Below are positions 47,431-61,319 of a DNA stretch of 64,000 bases, piece by piece. A model generated the notes under the pieces. The model was given only the letters and a program-made list of their open reading frames with translations, had not been told where the DNA came from and searched no databases. Every line of letters begins with the position of its first letter. The stretch's first letter is position 1. The position numbers and the translations under genes are program-made. This DNA comes from Eledone cirrhosa (taxonomy: Eukaryota), in NCBI GenBank assembly GCA_964016885.1, contig OZ024746.1:36456001-36520000 (forward strand), given 5' to 3'.

Positions 47431-50324
47431 AATTTCCTGTGGTATATGCCGATTACTACGAGAAATACGTTGAACGATGTAGTAAAAGAAAACTGTACAG
47501 AGAAAACGTGAGCAGCAGAACATAATTGTTTGTGTGGTTTTGTGCGTGTGTTACGCGTGTGAATATGCATTTGATCGTTCAATGAATAGAGATATTTAAA
47601 CGATAAACTTATTATTTTAAAAATAATGCATGTTTATACATTCTCTTCTACATTGTATATATTACCTGCATTCCGTTTTTTCTTATGTACACAAATGGAT
47701 TTCAAATTCTCGCGGAAATGCTTACTCACTATGAAATACAAAATAAAATTAATACTGTTATTAATAAGAGCTAGTGTGCCCAACACAGCAGTACGTAAAT
47801 CAACATTGGTATCGTCTTCAAATGTAATTTTAAATGTATATATTGTCACAGGGAATGTTGTTAGCAGAAAGACAACATTTATAGTTATTACAAGGTAAAT
47901 TGTTATACGGGTTTGTTTCTCAATATTGGTCTGAAAATGTTCACCTAGATTTGGTCGGTTATGCAATTTATATATCATAATGATAGAGCTCGTAATTAAA
48001 AAGATTGCTGGTATGAATGAATACATAGTAAATGAAACCCGGAATACATTATTTGTACGTTCTATTGTGTAACCTATTATGGTGTATGCTATAATATCAC
48101 AAAGAAAAATAATGCACAATAATATGTATGGAATATATTTTCTTCGACGATAACGTTGCGAAAATGGGCAAAATACTACCCATAGTCTTTCTAAAGAAAT
48201 AGCGACAGTTATCCATGAGGAATATGTAAGAAATATTAGAGCGATGATGTCATATATTCGACATTTTAGAAAAGGAACATCTATTTGATAAGCAAATGCT
48301 AGAAATTGTGTACAAGTAATCCATATTGTAATTAAATCTGTAAAAAGAAGACATAGAAGATATGGTGCGATATTGGTCTGACGCATTTTTTTCAGACAAA
48401 ATGTTAAAATGGTTATTAAATTTCCGATAGTACCAAAACATATTTCAATTATGCAACCATAGCGTATAAAATGTATCATCAGATTATTTGCCTGGTTTAA
48501 TATCTGACTTCCATTGTCCATTTTATTGCAGCTATCCATCATGAGATATGTCAAAAAATCCTTTGCCAAATATCAAATTAGTAAATATGCGCTCAGCTAA
48601 TATGAATCAATGTTGTATTTCAGCAGGATAATTCTGGAAACACCCAGTGTACAGGTCATTTATGTCAAAATTTATTTCTCTCTCTCTATACACATATATA
48701 TATATATATATATGCACTTGATTCCGAGAGACAACTTGTAATATATGAACATCCTTGGATTGAATTTGATCGTGATAATATGTTAAAATTATCTGTTTGT
48801 AAATATTGTTAAGATGCTTACCATAATATAATGAGCAAATCACAATTTATTTCAGTCTTTCGTAAACATTACTACTTCGAAAAAAACGAACTCTTCTCAG
48901 AGACGAAATGTATCAATTTGAGTTTGACGTAACTTTCAATATTCTGAGTTAAGGTAAATGTATATATCAGAAGAAAATGATATCCAAAAATCTGTATTTA
49001 CCACAACCGTATATATGACTCGGGCTGCTACATATAATAACGATATTTACTGAAACAGCTATGCAAATTATTTCTGTAAAAGTCATTATCGATGAGGTCA
49101 TGCAAGTAAATTGTTAATCAATAGATATTAATGAAAAATATCACTGGATTGGTGGAACACATTTCTATCATATTACACGAAACCACGGTTACTATTATAA
49201 CCGTTATACTTTGTACATTTAAGATATTTCCCGTACACATGGTCATGAACGCATCAAATGAAATTCCGGATGAATTCTGAAATTGATAGACTATTTTACT
49301 TAAATAATATGCGTTGACATTCTTGCTAACATTTAAAGGCCGGATCAAATTAACACAACAGAATAAAAACAAAGACAATGAATTACAGAAATATTACCGA
49401 AACACGCGTCCCAGTAGATCAGTGGTCGCCAGCCTTTCTAAAACCGAGGAACCCTCTAAATATTTTGAATTCTTCACGGAACCTATACAAAACAAAACTT
49501 TTCAAAAAAAATAATAAAGTATTTATTTATTTTAGTGTTTCATGCGTCTGTATGTAATCGAAAACAATGGCTTTTCTGCAGCTGCGCCTCATCTTTGAGT
49601 TTAGAAAACCGAGGTTCAACACTAGTTAATGCCAGTCTCATACACTCGTCAATTGCTGACAGTTTATTCCTCTTCTACTGAGTAGATAACAATATCCATA
49701 AACAAGGCCTCATAAATCTTATAAATATTTATAATATCCATCATACTTTTGCCGCACGTTTAGGTAAACGTTTAGTTTCAAATATGTAGTTGAAATAAAA
49801 TGCCTTAATTTCATGACCATTGTGTAACATTGTTATTTCCACGTAAAAGATGATACCTTGACACACAAAGATTCACTTGTTAAATTCTAAGATTGACTTG
49901 TATAGGTGATCAATGGGAAAATTGCATATTTTTGGACCGAATATTACATGAGATCAACTTGTCGAATTTACATGAGAGCAACTACTACTCAAGTACATAC
50001 TGTATATATAAAGATAGGGGAGGGGTAGGTGAGGAGAAAGAGACATACAGACAGAGATAATTGTTTAGTTAGGAAGCATTGGGAACATTTGAATCGGGCG
50101 TGCCTCGACACAAATGACCATGATAATATCTAAGAACACTGGGTAAACAGTAGTTAACAAAAGATATTTAATATATATGAATAAAACGGACGTACATTTC
50201 ATTGTATTTACACACGCGCACCCACCAACCTATGTATATACGCGTTAAACTAATATATTCTTTCCGTGTACTGTGCCGTATGTTTTGTAATTCTGTTTAC
50301 ATTTTACACATATACACCCCTCCT

Positions 50325-50372
<48 letters not shown>

Positions 50373-50748
50373 ATTTACATATATGAATGATAAAGCAGTG
50401 CAGAGATTATACACATAAGAAAATGAAATAAATAAATATAAGTTAATCAGTCGTATGCAATGTACACAGATTAATACTCATAAGTGTTAATTGATAAAAG
50501 CAGGCCCTGTTAGTGAGAGTAATAGTAAACATGCACAATTAATATTTTATTAGGTGTGTTCATTAAAAGTATATGATGGATAAAGGAAATGCATGATTCG
50601 GAAATATCTCCTGTTGTAACTCAATCAACTTATTTAACTATTACTTATGGGTGTCTGCATTATGCTGAACATGTTAATAAATGTATACAGGGGCCAGTCG
50701 TCTAAGAAACAATACCACGCGTTCGGCCGAACCCCTGTATATATATAT

Positions 50749-50789
<41 letters not shown>

Positions 50790-50870
50790 GGAAAACGTAT
50801 GACCCCGACGGCATAGCTCAAGCCGTTTCGACGGCTATTTCTGGACTACTATTTAGTCCAGAAATTGCCG
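47431..50870. repeat. Segmental duplication, copy 2
   Basis: Collinear with 5471-9640. Confidence 0.95.
47634..48542 (-). CDS. Intronless rhodopsin-class (class A) orphan GPCR, 302 aa, FMRFamide-receptor-like / putative chemoreceptor
   Basis: Seven hydrophobic segments: GTIGN (TM1), LLFTD (TM2), C..SSWITVAISLER (TM3), IP (TM5), FLLTTFP (TM6), NNSINFILY (TM7), then SKHFR helix 8. First ATG at 48542. Confidence 0.92.
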   Translation of the reverse strand: MMDSCNKMDNGSQILNQANNLMIHFIRYGCIIEICFGTIGNLITILTFCLKKMRQTNIAPYLLCLLFTDLITIWITCTQFLAFAYQIDVPFLKCRIYDIIALIFLTYSSWITVAISLERLWVVFCPFSQRYRRRKYIPYILLCIIFLCDIIAYTIIGYTIERTNNVFRVSFTMYSFIPAIFLITSSIIMIYKLHNRPNLGEHFQTNIEKQTRITIYLVITINVVFLLTTFPVTIYTFKITFEDDTNVDLRTAVLGTLALINNSINFILYFIVSKHFRENLKSICVHKKKRNAGNIYNVEENV

Positions 50871-50992
50871 TCGAAACGGGTTGAGCTCTGCCGTCAGGGT
50901 CATACTTGTTTCCTATCCCCACTCTACTACACTAAGTATTGAGTACTCTGGTGCGTTATGGTCCATCTGGCTCCTCACCACGATTCCTTTGT

Positions 50993-50994
<2 letters not shown>
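50797..50994 (+). mobile_element. Family E tail with fold-back hairpin 50797-50905
   Basis: Inverted repeat centred on hammerhead stem II (ttctggacta/tagtccagaa). The tail ends at (TA)n. A second inverted tail piece lies at 51034-51068. Confidence 0.8.
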
Positions 50995-51024
<30 letters not shown>

Positions 51025-51069
51025 CATATATATATAACAAAGGAATTGTGGTAAGGAGCCAAATGGATA

Positions 51070-51580
51070 AATATATATATATTGTACCTTTTGATTTTTA
51101 TTGTAATTTTAATATTGGTAAAGGTATATTATATTATATTACATTGTATTATATATTATTCCTGCTCTATATAACCACCTTTGTTTAACTCTAGGTTTTT
51201 TTTGCTTTGGACTATATTTGTAATATGGTTCTTAATGTTATATACATCCTTATTAATTATTATTATATATTTTTATTATCTTTATTATAGAATTTTACCC
51301 ATAATCTTGCAATACTTTAGTGTATGTACACTCCATATTCTTCGGAGCTTCCGGATTGTATCTGCCGATATTACTTCTTGTTGTTTTAATTGCCCTAATG
51401 AGTCCTCAATAGGACGAAACATTGTCAATTAATAAAGACTTTTGATGTATTGAAGGCTTCTTTGTTTTACTTTCTTAATTTTTCGGCTCTGTTTAACTAC
51501 ATTGAGCTATACCTTTTACTGTCATTTCTATAATACGAAGAGGGTGTTTAACTCCAACACGCTCCAGTATTTTAACCCTT
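51070..51580 (+). mobile_element. 3' end fragment of the family A Naiad-like PLE with a degenerate hammerhead (51385-51432)
   Basis: Reverse complement of about 4025-4510. Reads CTAATGA GTCCT CAAT AGGAC GAAAC ATT GTC (core G5>A). Ends in (TA)n. Confidence 0.85.
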
Positions 51581-51661
51581 ATATATATATATATATATAT
51601 ATGAACGAGAAGGACCCCGACTGCTGAGCTCAAGCCGTTTTGACGGCTAATTCTGGACTAA

Positions 51662-54440
51662 GTGAACATTTTTATCCTGGTACATGAATAGCCAAATTCT
51701 CAGGGGGTTATTCCATATATGGTAAAAATAGTTGTCAGAAGGATTGGTCAATAGTTTGTTGTTGAGACTATGATTCTATCATGGCATTTTGTGGAAGGAA
51801 GGGATAGCTGAACTTGCCAGTAGAAGAAAGAGGGAGAGGGAGTGGAGGAAACCCAGTCGTTCGTTGATAGTGCCAACTACAGAAGAATCCTAAGGAAAAG
51901 AGGTGAAGAGAAGTATACTAGGGATGGGGGAGGGGGAGGAAGTCGAAACAATAAGTAAATCAATATGGAGTAAATATATAGAAGAAGAATAAGAATGTTA
52001 AAAATAAAAAAAAAAACAATTTCTGGTTACTATTCCCCTACCACAATCATCAAGTCTCTCATTGTTACTGCTAAACTATAGAAAAAATGAATAGGTGGGA
52101 CGGAATACTAAATACGAGATTGTAGTGAAAGAATTTTATGAGTTAGTAGTAATCATCCAAATCTATCTTACAGTCACAGGTCAACAAATAGGGGGCCAAA
52201 ATTCTAAAGAAACTACTACGAAATAATAATTCAAACCCCGAAACTAATACGAAATAATAATTCAGAATCCCGAAAAAGAATACTGATACGATATATAAGA
52301 GTACAGCTACGATACATAAATTCTAATGCAAACTACATAAATGCTCGTACCATATATATGAAAAATGTAATACGGAAAATTAATTCAGATGCCCCCCACC
52401 CCACGCACGCACCAAACAAAATAAAAAATAAAAATAAATAAATAAATAGATACTGATATACGAGAAACTAAAGAAGAGATACCACTACGAAATCTAGATC
52501 ACACGGGCAGCAATCGGATAAGAAAGCAAGTATCTGCGGTCTATCACATCTGCTATAAAAAGCGGAGTCGGCCAATTCTATCATAAAATAGAGGATAGGG
52601 GTGGGGGTACTGAGGCTACAAAGGACCGAAGGGCTACACGGGGTTAGGGGAGAAAGTGAAAAGTACGACGACAAAGAAGGAGAACTGGGATGGAAGGACT
52701 AGGAAGGGATGGGGGGAAGAAGGAAATATACAGGAAACGATAAAAAATATATAAGAAAATCTTACGTCTACCTTTGCAAGGAGGGGTTACCCATTACGAA
52801 GTCGGCAAGTGGGTTGTTACAGCCCTTGTCTACCCCCCACCCCCGGGGCATTATGAGGTTTGAGTACTCGCACCACCAACTACACAAACGAAGACGGGTG
52901 AGTTGCATTATGGTGAGTGCTCTCCATAATGTTACATCGAGGTTGACCATACGGAACGACCAGTTCTATCCAGTGGTGAACCAACAATCCTAAATAATAT
53001 ACATATATATATAATCCTTGAAAGGTTTATTATACTATGATCATTTCAATGACCGGGTTCAATATTAAACCGGTGACATCAACAGGTATTCAAAATGTAA
53101 CAAAGGAATATAACAGATAAAATCCATGGGCTGAAAATCAGAGACAAGAGGATGACAGACCATTAAACAGCTTCTACCTCGGTCGGCCGCCCTCAACTGT
53201 TGATTATTAAGTCTACCTATGACAATCTGGTGAGGGGGTGCAAGCTTATAATGTGCTACTCCCTCCCCGTCAAAGAGAAATGTCAGCGTTGAGGTCATGC
53301 TTCAATCAAGCTGTTCATGCGTACTAGAAAGTGCCGCGGAAAATGTTTTTTCAAAGAACATATATCTTCAACAAAGACATATATAGTGGGCGTCTGTATG
53401 GTATAATGTGTGGAGAGAAATTGCAGTTAACAATTAAAAAGGTTAAACTTATGTTTAGAGTTATAGGATGAAATTAGAAAAATAAGGTTTAATGTTTGGG
53501 TTGTGAGATTTAGTTAAAGGATTTACAGAAGGAGGGTTTTATGAAAAAGATTATAGATAGTTACGATATATTTTCAGGGTAGAATATAGAGTAAATATTA
53601 ATCCCCAGCTAAGCGGTCAATAACCAGCGGCTACTGCAGACCGCCCGACAGCCCCCCCCCCACTAGGTGCTAGTCCCCCCCCCTAACTACGCGCCAGCCG
53701 TTCCGAGCAATATCGTCTAGCGAAAGAAATGGAAATTCATTTTTCCGAGCACTCCAGGAATCTAACTGTCTTAGGCGTCGGGTGTGTTGGCGGTAGATCC
53801 GCCACCGCCGGCTGGCCATCGTATATATCAAACGATTATTAGTAATTCACACAGGAAGGGGATTTATTTAAGTGGTAGCTGAAGGAGGCATGATAGAGCT
53901 AATAGTTATAATTAAGCCTAGAATTTAAAGGTATTATTTGGCCGTCAAAGCCGGTGGCGCGGTGGGTTGCCAGACTGACAGGGCCCCAGGGTGAAGCAGC
54001 CGTACCGAGTAATTTGGTTTAACGAAAGAAAGGGAAATTCATTGTTCCAAGCACTTAAGGAAGGCTGATCTACCCGAGCGCCTGGCGTGCAGTCGGCAAA
54101 GCCGCCTCTTCTGTCGGATCAGTGCGTGTTTCCAAACGATTATTATTTATTCACACCCTTTGATGTGAGGTGAAATGCGCAAATAGACTATACTTAGTCC
54201 CCATTTAGTCCGGGTTATATGTAGTGTGGTTATTATGTGGGTAGGGGGAGTGACTAAAGATAAACATATATAAGGGTACAGAGGGTAATATTCTAGGGTT
54301 GTGTGCCAATGAGCACAAATATAGATATATAATGAGTGTAAAGCGAATAAATAAATACATAAATAAAATGCAGTCATAACTAGGGTGGTAATGCATTGAG
54401 TAAAACGGAAGTATATAAGAACATATCGAACAAATCAAAA
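51662..54440 (-). mobile_element. Probable family F element (no recognisable ORF) with hammerhead at 53032-53089
   Basis: 52865-53485 matches 11825-12450. Hammerhead core is CTGTTGA (A6>U). Outer boundaries are uncertain. Confidence 0.55.
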
Positions 54441-54462
54441 CACACACACAGACGCACATATA

Positions 54463-54539
<77 letters not shown>

Positions 54540-54730
54540 TAATATATAAATATATATATATATATATATTTATATTGTTATAATTTGGGAGGGTCATGTT
54601 GCCAATAAGAAACACACGCACCAGTTGCTTTCACTTCAATTTATTATATATTTATAAATTTACAAATTATACAAACTTATACATTTGTGGTTGGTTGGTT
54701 GGTTCCACAACCAGATAGTTGTTTATATAT

Positions 54731-54775
54731 AGTCATAGTCCTTTCGTCACACACTCTGTGACCTCTTCAGTGACT
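54731..54775 (-). ncRNA. Minimal type I hammerhead, family I
   Basis: Minus strand reads AGTCA CTGAAGA G GTCACA..TGTGAC GAAA GGAC TA TGACT. Confidence 0.88.
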
Positions 54776-57700
54776 GGGGATTCCTTTCTTTGTTTCTGTG
54801 CCTTTCCTTTCTTCTGTCCTACGCCATTTTGTTTCTGTGTGTGTGTTGTGTGCTCAGTCTGCGCATGCGCCACATCCGGGTGTCTGTGTGTGTTTGTGTT
54901 CATGTATCTATTTGTTTATTTATTTACTTGTTGTTGGTTGGTTGTTTGTTCTATGTGAGTGTGTGTTTTCATTTTGTCCTTAATTGTAAGTTGTGATGTT
55001 GCTGTTCCACTCATATTTTCTATTTAATTTTGGTTGTAATTCTTTTATGCTTACTGCCTCTGTAATTTGCCTAAACATTGCATCTTTTCTGTGTGTGGAT
55101 TCTATTTTTATTTCTATGTTCTCTAATTTACGCTTGTGTTCTATCTTAGCATGTTGGTAGAGTACAGATGATTCTTTATTATCTTGAAGGTCTCGCCAGT
55201 GTTCATTTATCCGTTCCCCTATACTACGAGCTGTCTCACCTATGTACACTATATTTTTGTTTCTACATTGTCCTTCAGTACATCTTATGCTATACACTAC
55301 ATTTCTAGTTTTACAGTTAATATGGGGGCTAATTTTACAGGTTATACATTTCTTATCTATACATGAGGGTCTTTGGAACGGGTATGTCTTGCTAATAAGT
55401 GTTTTTACGGAGGTACCTGGTCTTTCTACTATCTTAATATTGAGTTTATGTTTATTTAGGGCCCTTCTAAATTTGTAGGCTAGTTCGCCTCTAGGGGTTG
55501 TATTGATGAACATTACATTCTGGTATTTATTGCTATCATACCATGAGTTTATTCTATTGGCCTTGTTCCTAGTTCTTTCTATTCTATTCCAAAATTTGCT
55601 CCTATACAAGGGGCAGGTCCCATTTATGTCATTATTTACCATTTTTTACCATTTGGTTCTGGCTCCTCTATACACTCTGATTCTATCTCTCTGATTGTAG
55701 CCAGAGAACTGCATACGGTGGATGAAGTGTTGTATGTGTCTCTCTAGTTCTTCGGGGTTGCAAATGCGGGACACATTTCTCACCACCCGTACCAAATCCG
55801 CAGTCAGTATGTTGATTTTGGTATGGTCCAAAATGGCCGAGTTTCGGTGGTCAGATGTTTGGAAGTCATGGGTTTGGCATAATGGGAATGGAGGATTTGT
55901 TTTTGGTTGTTAATGGTATCTAACCAGAGCTCTGTGACTAGTACAGGTAATCGATGTTTGGGGTGTCTACTTGGGTAGTCTATAGTAACTATAATGCTCT
56001 GGTGGATGGAGTTTGCTATTTGCTGGATGCTTTCCATTGTGTCTTTCTCTAGTTCCTGACTGTTCTCTAGTGGGGATGTCTTAACTACGATGATTATATC
56101 ATCTACGTAGCGGGAGTACATTATCAGGGTTAAGCTGTCTTCTAATTGTTCTTTAAGTTTAAGTTTAAGTCTACTGTCCCACCATACCATGAATAAGTTA
56201 GCTATGTCGCCTGCAATACTAACAACAATGGCTGCTCCTTCCTCTTGGGCATATGTTTTTCCATTAAATTTGAACATATGTTCCTTAAGGGTTAATTTTA
56301 TGCTGGCCTCTACCGCATGTGCAATCATTTTCTTCAGTTCATCGTGGTTTTCGGGTGTCCGTATGGCTCTGGTCCACCCGTTCCATCTATCTGTGTGGGT
56401 TTTCTTGGCCATTGAGGTAATGGTAGGTGGTCTGCCTCTTGCTGGTCTTGTAGTGCACAGGTTGCTAAGGTCATAAGTGTCTAGGTAACTATTACTATGG
56501 GTAAGCTTAAGTAGAAGTCCCAGCTCACTGGTATCAATCCCACGGAACTCAACCTTGCTCTCGCTGATCATTTCTACGCATTTCTCCACAGCAAAATCCA
56601 CGTGAATAGATGGATACAGGGACACAACATCCATACTGCCTATTATGCAGTTTGTTAGGTCCCCAGATCGGTTACTCACGCCGATTCTGCTGAGGAGGTC
56701 CTCCGTGCTGTCACATACATCTGGGGACATCTCAATGATGGGTCGTATGATCTGGGAGAGGAAGTAGGACAGTCTGTAGTTACTAGCAATGTTAGCTCCA
56801 CAGACTGGCCGTGTTGGTGGTCCCGCGACAGGGTCACAGCCCGTTTTATGGTCTTTTCGAAGCCCATACAACGCCGGCACGTCATTGTTCCAGGCCTGGA
56901 AGTTGTTGGCAGTCCTTTTGTTGGGCTGCATTATATTCGTCCACATCACCATATGGGCATTGAGGGCTTTTTCTCTATCCTCATGCTCCTGTGGTGTTAC
57001 CTCTCTTGTGTTAGTGATGTGGGTTTGCATTGCCTGGATGTAGTTTGGCAGGCTGTCAAACGACATTCTGCCAGACTTGTCTGTTGGAAAGCATGCTATC
57101 TCTCCATTACGTGAGCGCTGCATGAGCTTACGCAAGCCATTTGCAGATTTTTCTCCCAGTTGCTGGGCCTCTATTCTATTATGCTTTTTTCTATACTGTT
57201 CTATAATATTTCTAAGTTCAGATCTAGCTATACTAAATTGTGCTTCTGTTTGTTCATCGACCTGCGACGGCAACTGCGTGCGTTTGTTAAATGGTAAAGT
57301 CATGGCGTAGACTCGTCGCAGGTCGAATGATTTATCGGAGGCATTATAAAACGGAGAGTTCCAGGCTGCTGATTTATGTGTACTAGTGCTATTGTTATTG
57401 TTAGTTGTGTTGTTTCTATTTCTATTTCCACCAACAGCCTCATGGTTGTTTCTATGTCTCTCATAATTACTCCTGTCTCTTTCCACTGGCTCAATGTTGT
57501 TATCTACCCTATTTTGTGTGTCTGTGTGTTCGTCTTGGTTATTCTCTTTGTCCTTAGTCTCCCTTCTCCTTTTCCTTTTAATCCTATTACTTTCCCTTAT
57601 TTCTGTGATTTCTGTGCTACTGTCATTACTTGTTTTCTGTGTCTGTGTGTTTGTTAAGATTGTGGTGGTGGTGAGAGGCATTGAATGCGTGTGTGTTGTT

Positions 57701-58811
57701 GTTGTTGATGTGTGCTGTTGTTGATGTGTGTTGTTGGTGTCACCGTGTGTGTTATCGTTGTTGTGTGTGTTGTTATTGTTGTTTGTGTCTGCGTGTCTGT
57801 TGTTGTTGTTTCTGGGTATGTTGCTATTGTTGTTGTTGTTGATGTGTGTGTTGTTGTTATTGTTGTTTGTGTCTGTGTGTCTGTTGTTGTTGGGATGTGT
57901 GTTGTATATGTGTGTGCGTATATTGTTGCTTTTGTTTTTGATGCTCCAGCGTAGTTTTGTAAATGACTTTTCTATTTCTGACAGACAACTAATCATATTT
58001 ACCTACTTGAATGTCGCAAATTTCGGCGGCAAACATAACACAGACATTTCACCATTATCTATTTTTGCGTTCCCATAAATGTGGGTGTCTTTGTTGTTGA
58101 ACTCTTCTGATAATGAGGTGTCGGCCATGTTGATACCGTCAATTTTGTCGGGATATCTATTGGTATACTCTATAGTATCCTGATTTAGCTTTGCCTGTTT
58201 AAGCCACTTTAGTTTCCTGTTAAAGTGCTTATCACATTCTTTAGTAATGTACTGTTCTTCAGGGCGTATAAGGCTTATAAATATTAGTTTCTCTCTTTGT
58301 GTGGTGATTCTAGCTATTTCTTGTATTAGGTTACGCTTTTGTTTTTCTTGATGACTTAATTCTCTATAGATCTTCTTTTTTATGTTTAGAATTAAAGTTC
58401 GTTTTAGCCTATCTGCTTGTTTTTTGGTGAGTTGTAATCTTCTAACGTCGGTATTGATGGTGTTGGTGTAGATTCTGGAAGAGGCACACTGCTTTATGAA
58501 GGATAGTTGTCGAGATGTTATGGTTTTTCGAAGACAACAGATCATGGTGGTTTTCAGTATCTTGTTAGCCTGGCTAAGGCTTACGATATTTCGTTTCTGA
58601 ATTTGTTTAGCAAGATTCTTTATCTGAAATCGTGTGTTGAAAGCGATATTGTTATACTTTAGGAGGAACATGTTGCAAATAAGAAACACAAGCACCAGTT
58701 GCTTTCACTTCAATTTATTATATATTTATAAATTTATAAATTTACAAATCTACAAACTTATAAATTTCTGCTTGGTTGGTTGGTTCCACAACCAGATAGT
58801 TGTTTATATAT

Positions 58812-58856
58812 AGTCATAGTCCTTTCGTCACACACTCTGTGACCTCTTCAGTGACT
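58812..58856 (-). ncRNA. Minimal type I hammerhead, family I
   Basis: Identical to 54731-54775. Confidence 0.88.
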
Positions 58857-59158
58857 AGGGATTCCTTCCTTTGTTTCTGTGCCTTTCCTTTCTTCTGTCC
58901 TACGCCATTTTGTTTCTGTGTGTGTGTTGTGTCCTCAGTTTGCGCATGCGCCACATCCGGGTGTCTGTGTGTGTTTGTGTTCATTTATCTATTTGTTTAT
59001 TTATTTAAATGTTGTTGGTTGGTTGTTTGTTCTATGTGTGTGTGTGTTTTCATTTTGTCCTACGACTATATATAAACAACTATCTGGTTGTGGAACCAAC
59101 CAACCAACCAACCATAAATTTATATGTTTGTAGATTTGTAAATTTATAAATTTATAAA

Positions 59159-60095
59159 TGCAGCGAACTCCATAGACGAGGTTGGAGCAAGTGCAGCGGA
59201 AGGCATGCCGGACCGAGAGAGAGTGGCCGTTGGGACCCTGGAAGGTGGTGCTGTTGGTGATGTGGGGACAGGTGTTGCAGCGGGGCCTAGAACAGGGGAA
59301 GGAACCGGGGGGGGAACCAGAGCGTGGGTTGGGGGTAGGGAGCAGTGGACGAGGAGGGTGCGGAGATTGAGTGCGCGTTTGAAGGAGGAGAGTGGTGGGG
59401 TTCGTAAGATGTGGGAGGTGGAGGGGTCGGACTGGAAGCGTCGGAAGAGGCGGCGGATGGTGCGGTGGAGGGGTAAGGTGGAGGGGTGGTAGGTGACGGG
59501 GAAGGGGAGCCGGTGGTGGGTGTGCGGTGGCGTGGGGTGAGGGTGGTGGATCGGGGGATAGCACGGGCGCGGGTGAGAGCGGTGTAGACGAGAGAGGGGG
59601 GGGGTAACCTCTGCGGATGAAATGGCTGACTAGGGAAAGGGCCTGGGACTCGAAGTCAGCATCTCGGCTACAGAGCCGGCGGATCCTGAGAAGTTGGGAG
59701 GAGGGAATGGAGAGTTTAGTGTGGGTGGTGTGGGAAGAGGTGAAGTCGAGGTAAGAGTGGGAGTCAGTGGGTTTGAAGAAGGCGGATGTGACGAGGGAGT
59801 GGTGGGAGGGGTCGAAGGCGACGGAGATGTCTAAGAAGTGGTCGTGGGTGGTGGAGATAGAGGTGGTGAAGTGGAGGGAGGGGTGGACGGAGCAGAAGAA
59901 GGAGAGAAAGGAGTCGAGCTGTTCTCGGGTGAGGGTCGTGGCTCCGATACAGTCGTCATTGTAACGACTGTACAGTTCGTGCGTGGGGCCGGTGTACTGG
60001 GCAAAAATTTGGGCCACAACATGGCCAACAAAAAGGTTGGCATAGTTCGGGCCCATTCTTGTGCCCATGGCTACCCCCGTGACCTGTTGGTAACT
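59159..60095 (-). mobile_element. GC-rich Neptune-like PLE internal fragment
   Basis: GVAMGTRMGPNYANLF, RYNDD, LHFT, FLD, KPTDSHSYL..SSH, SQLLRIRRLCS, RGYP, PCSRPRCNTC, NLVYGVRC. Truncated at both ends. Confidence 0.88.

Positions 60096-61319
<1,224 letters not shown>

Larger units (their letters stand above)
54575..59060 (-). mobile_element. Penelope-like element, family I, second copy, ORF disrupted
   Basis: ORF pieces 58003-58695, 55804-57996, 55646-55831 and 54980-55642 match 33107-36924. Pseudo-LTR at about 58650-59060. Same 3' end point as 32601. Confidence 0.95.
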
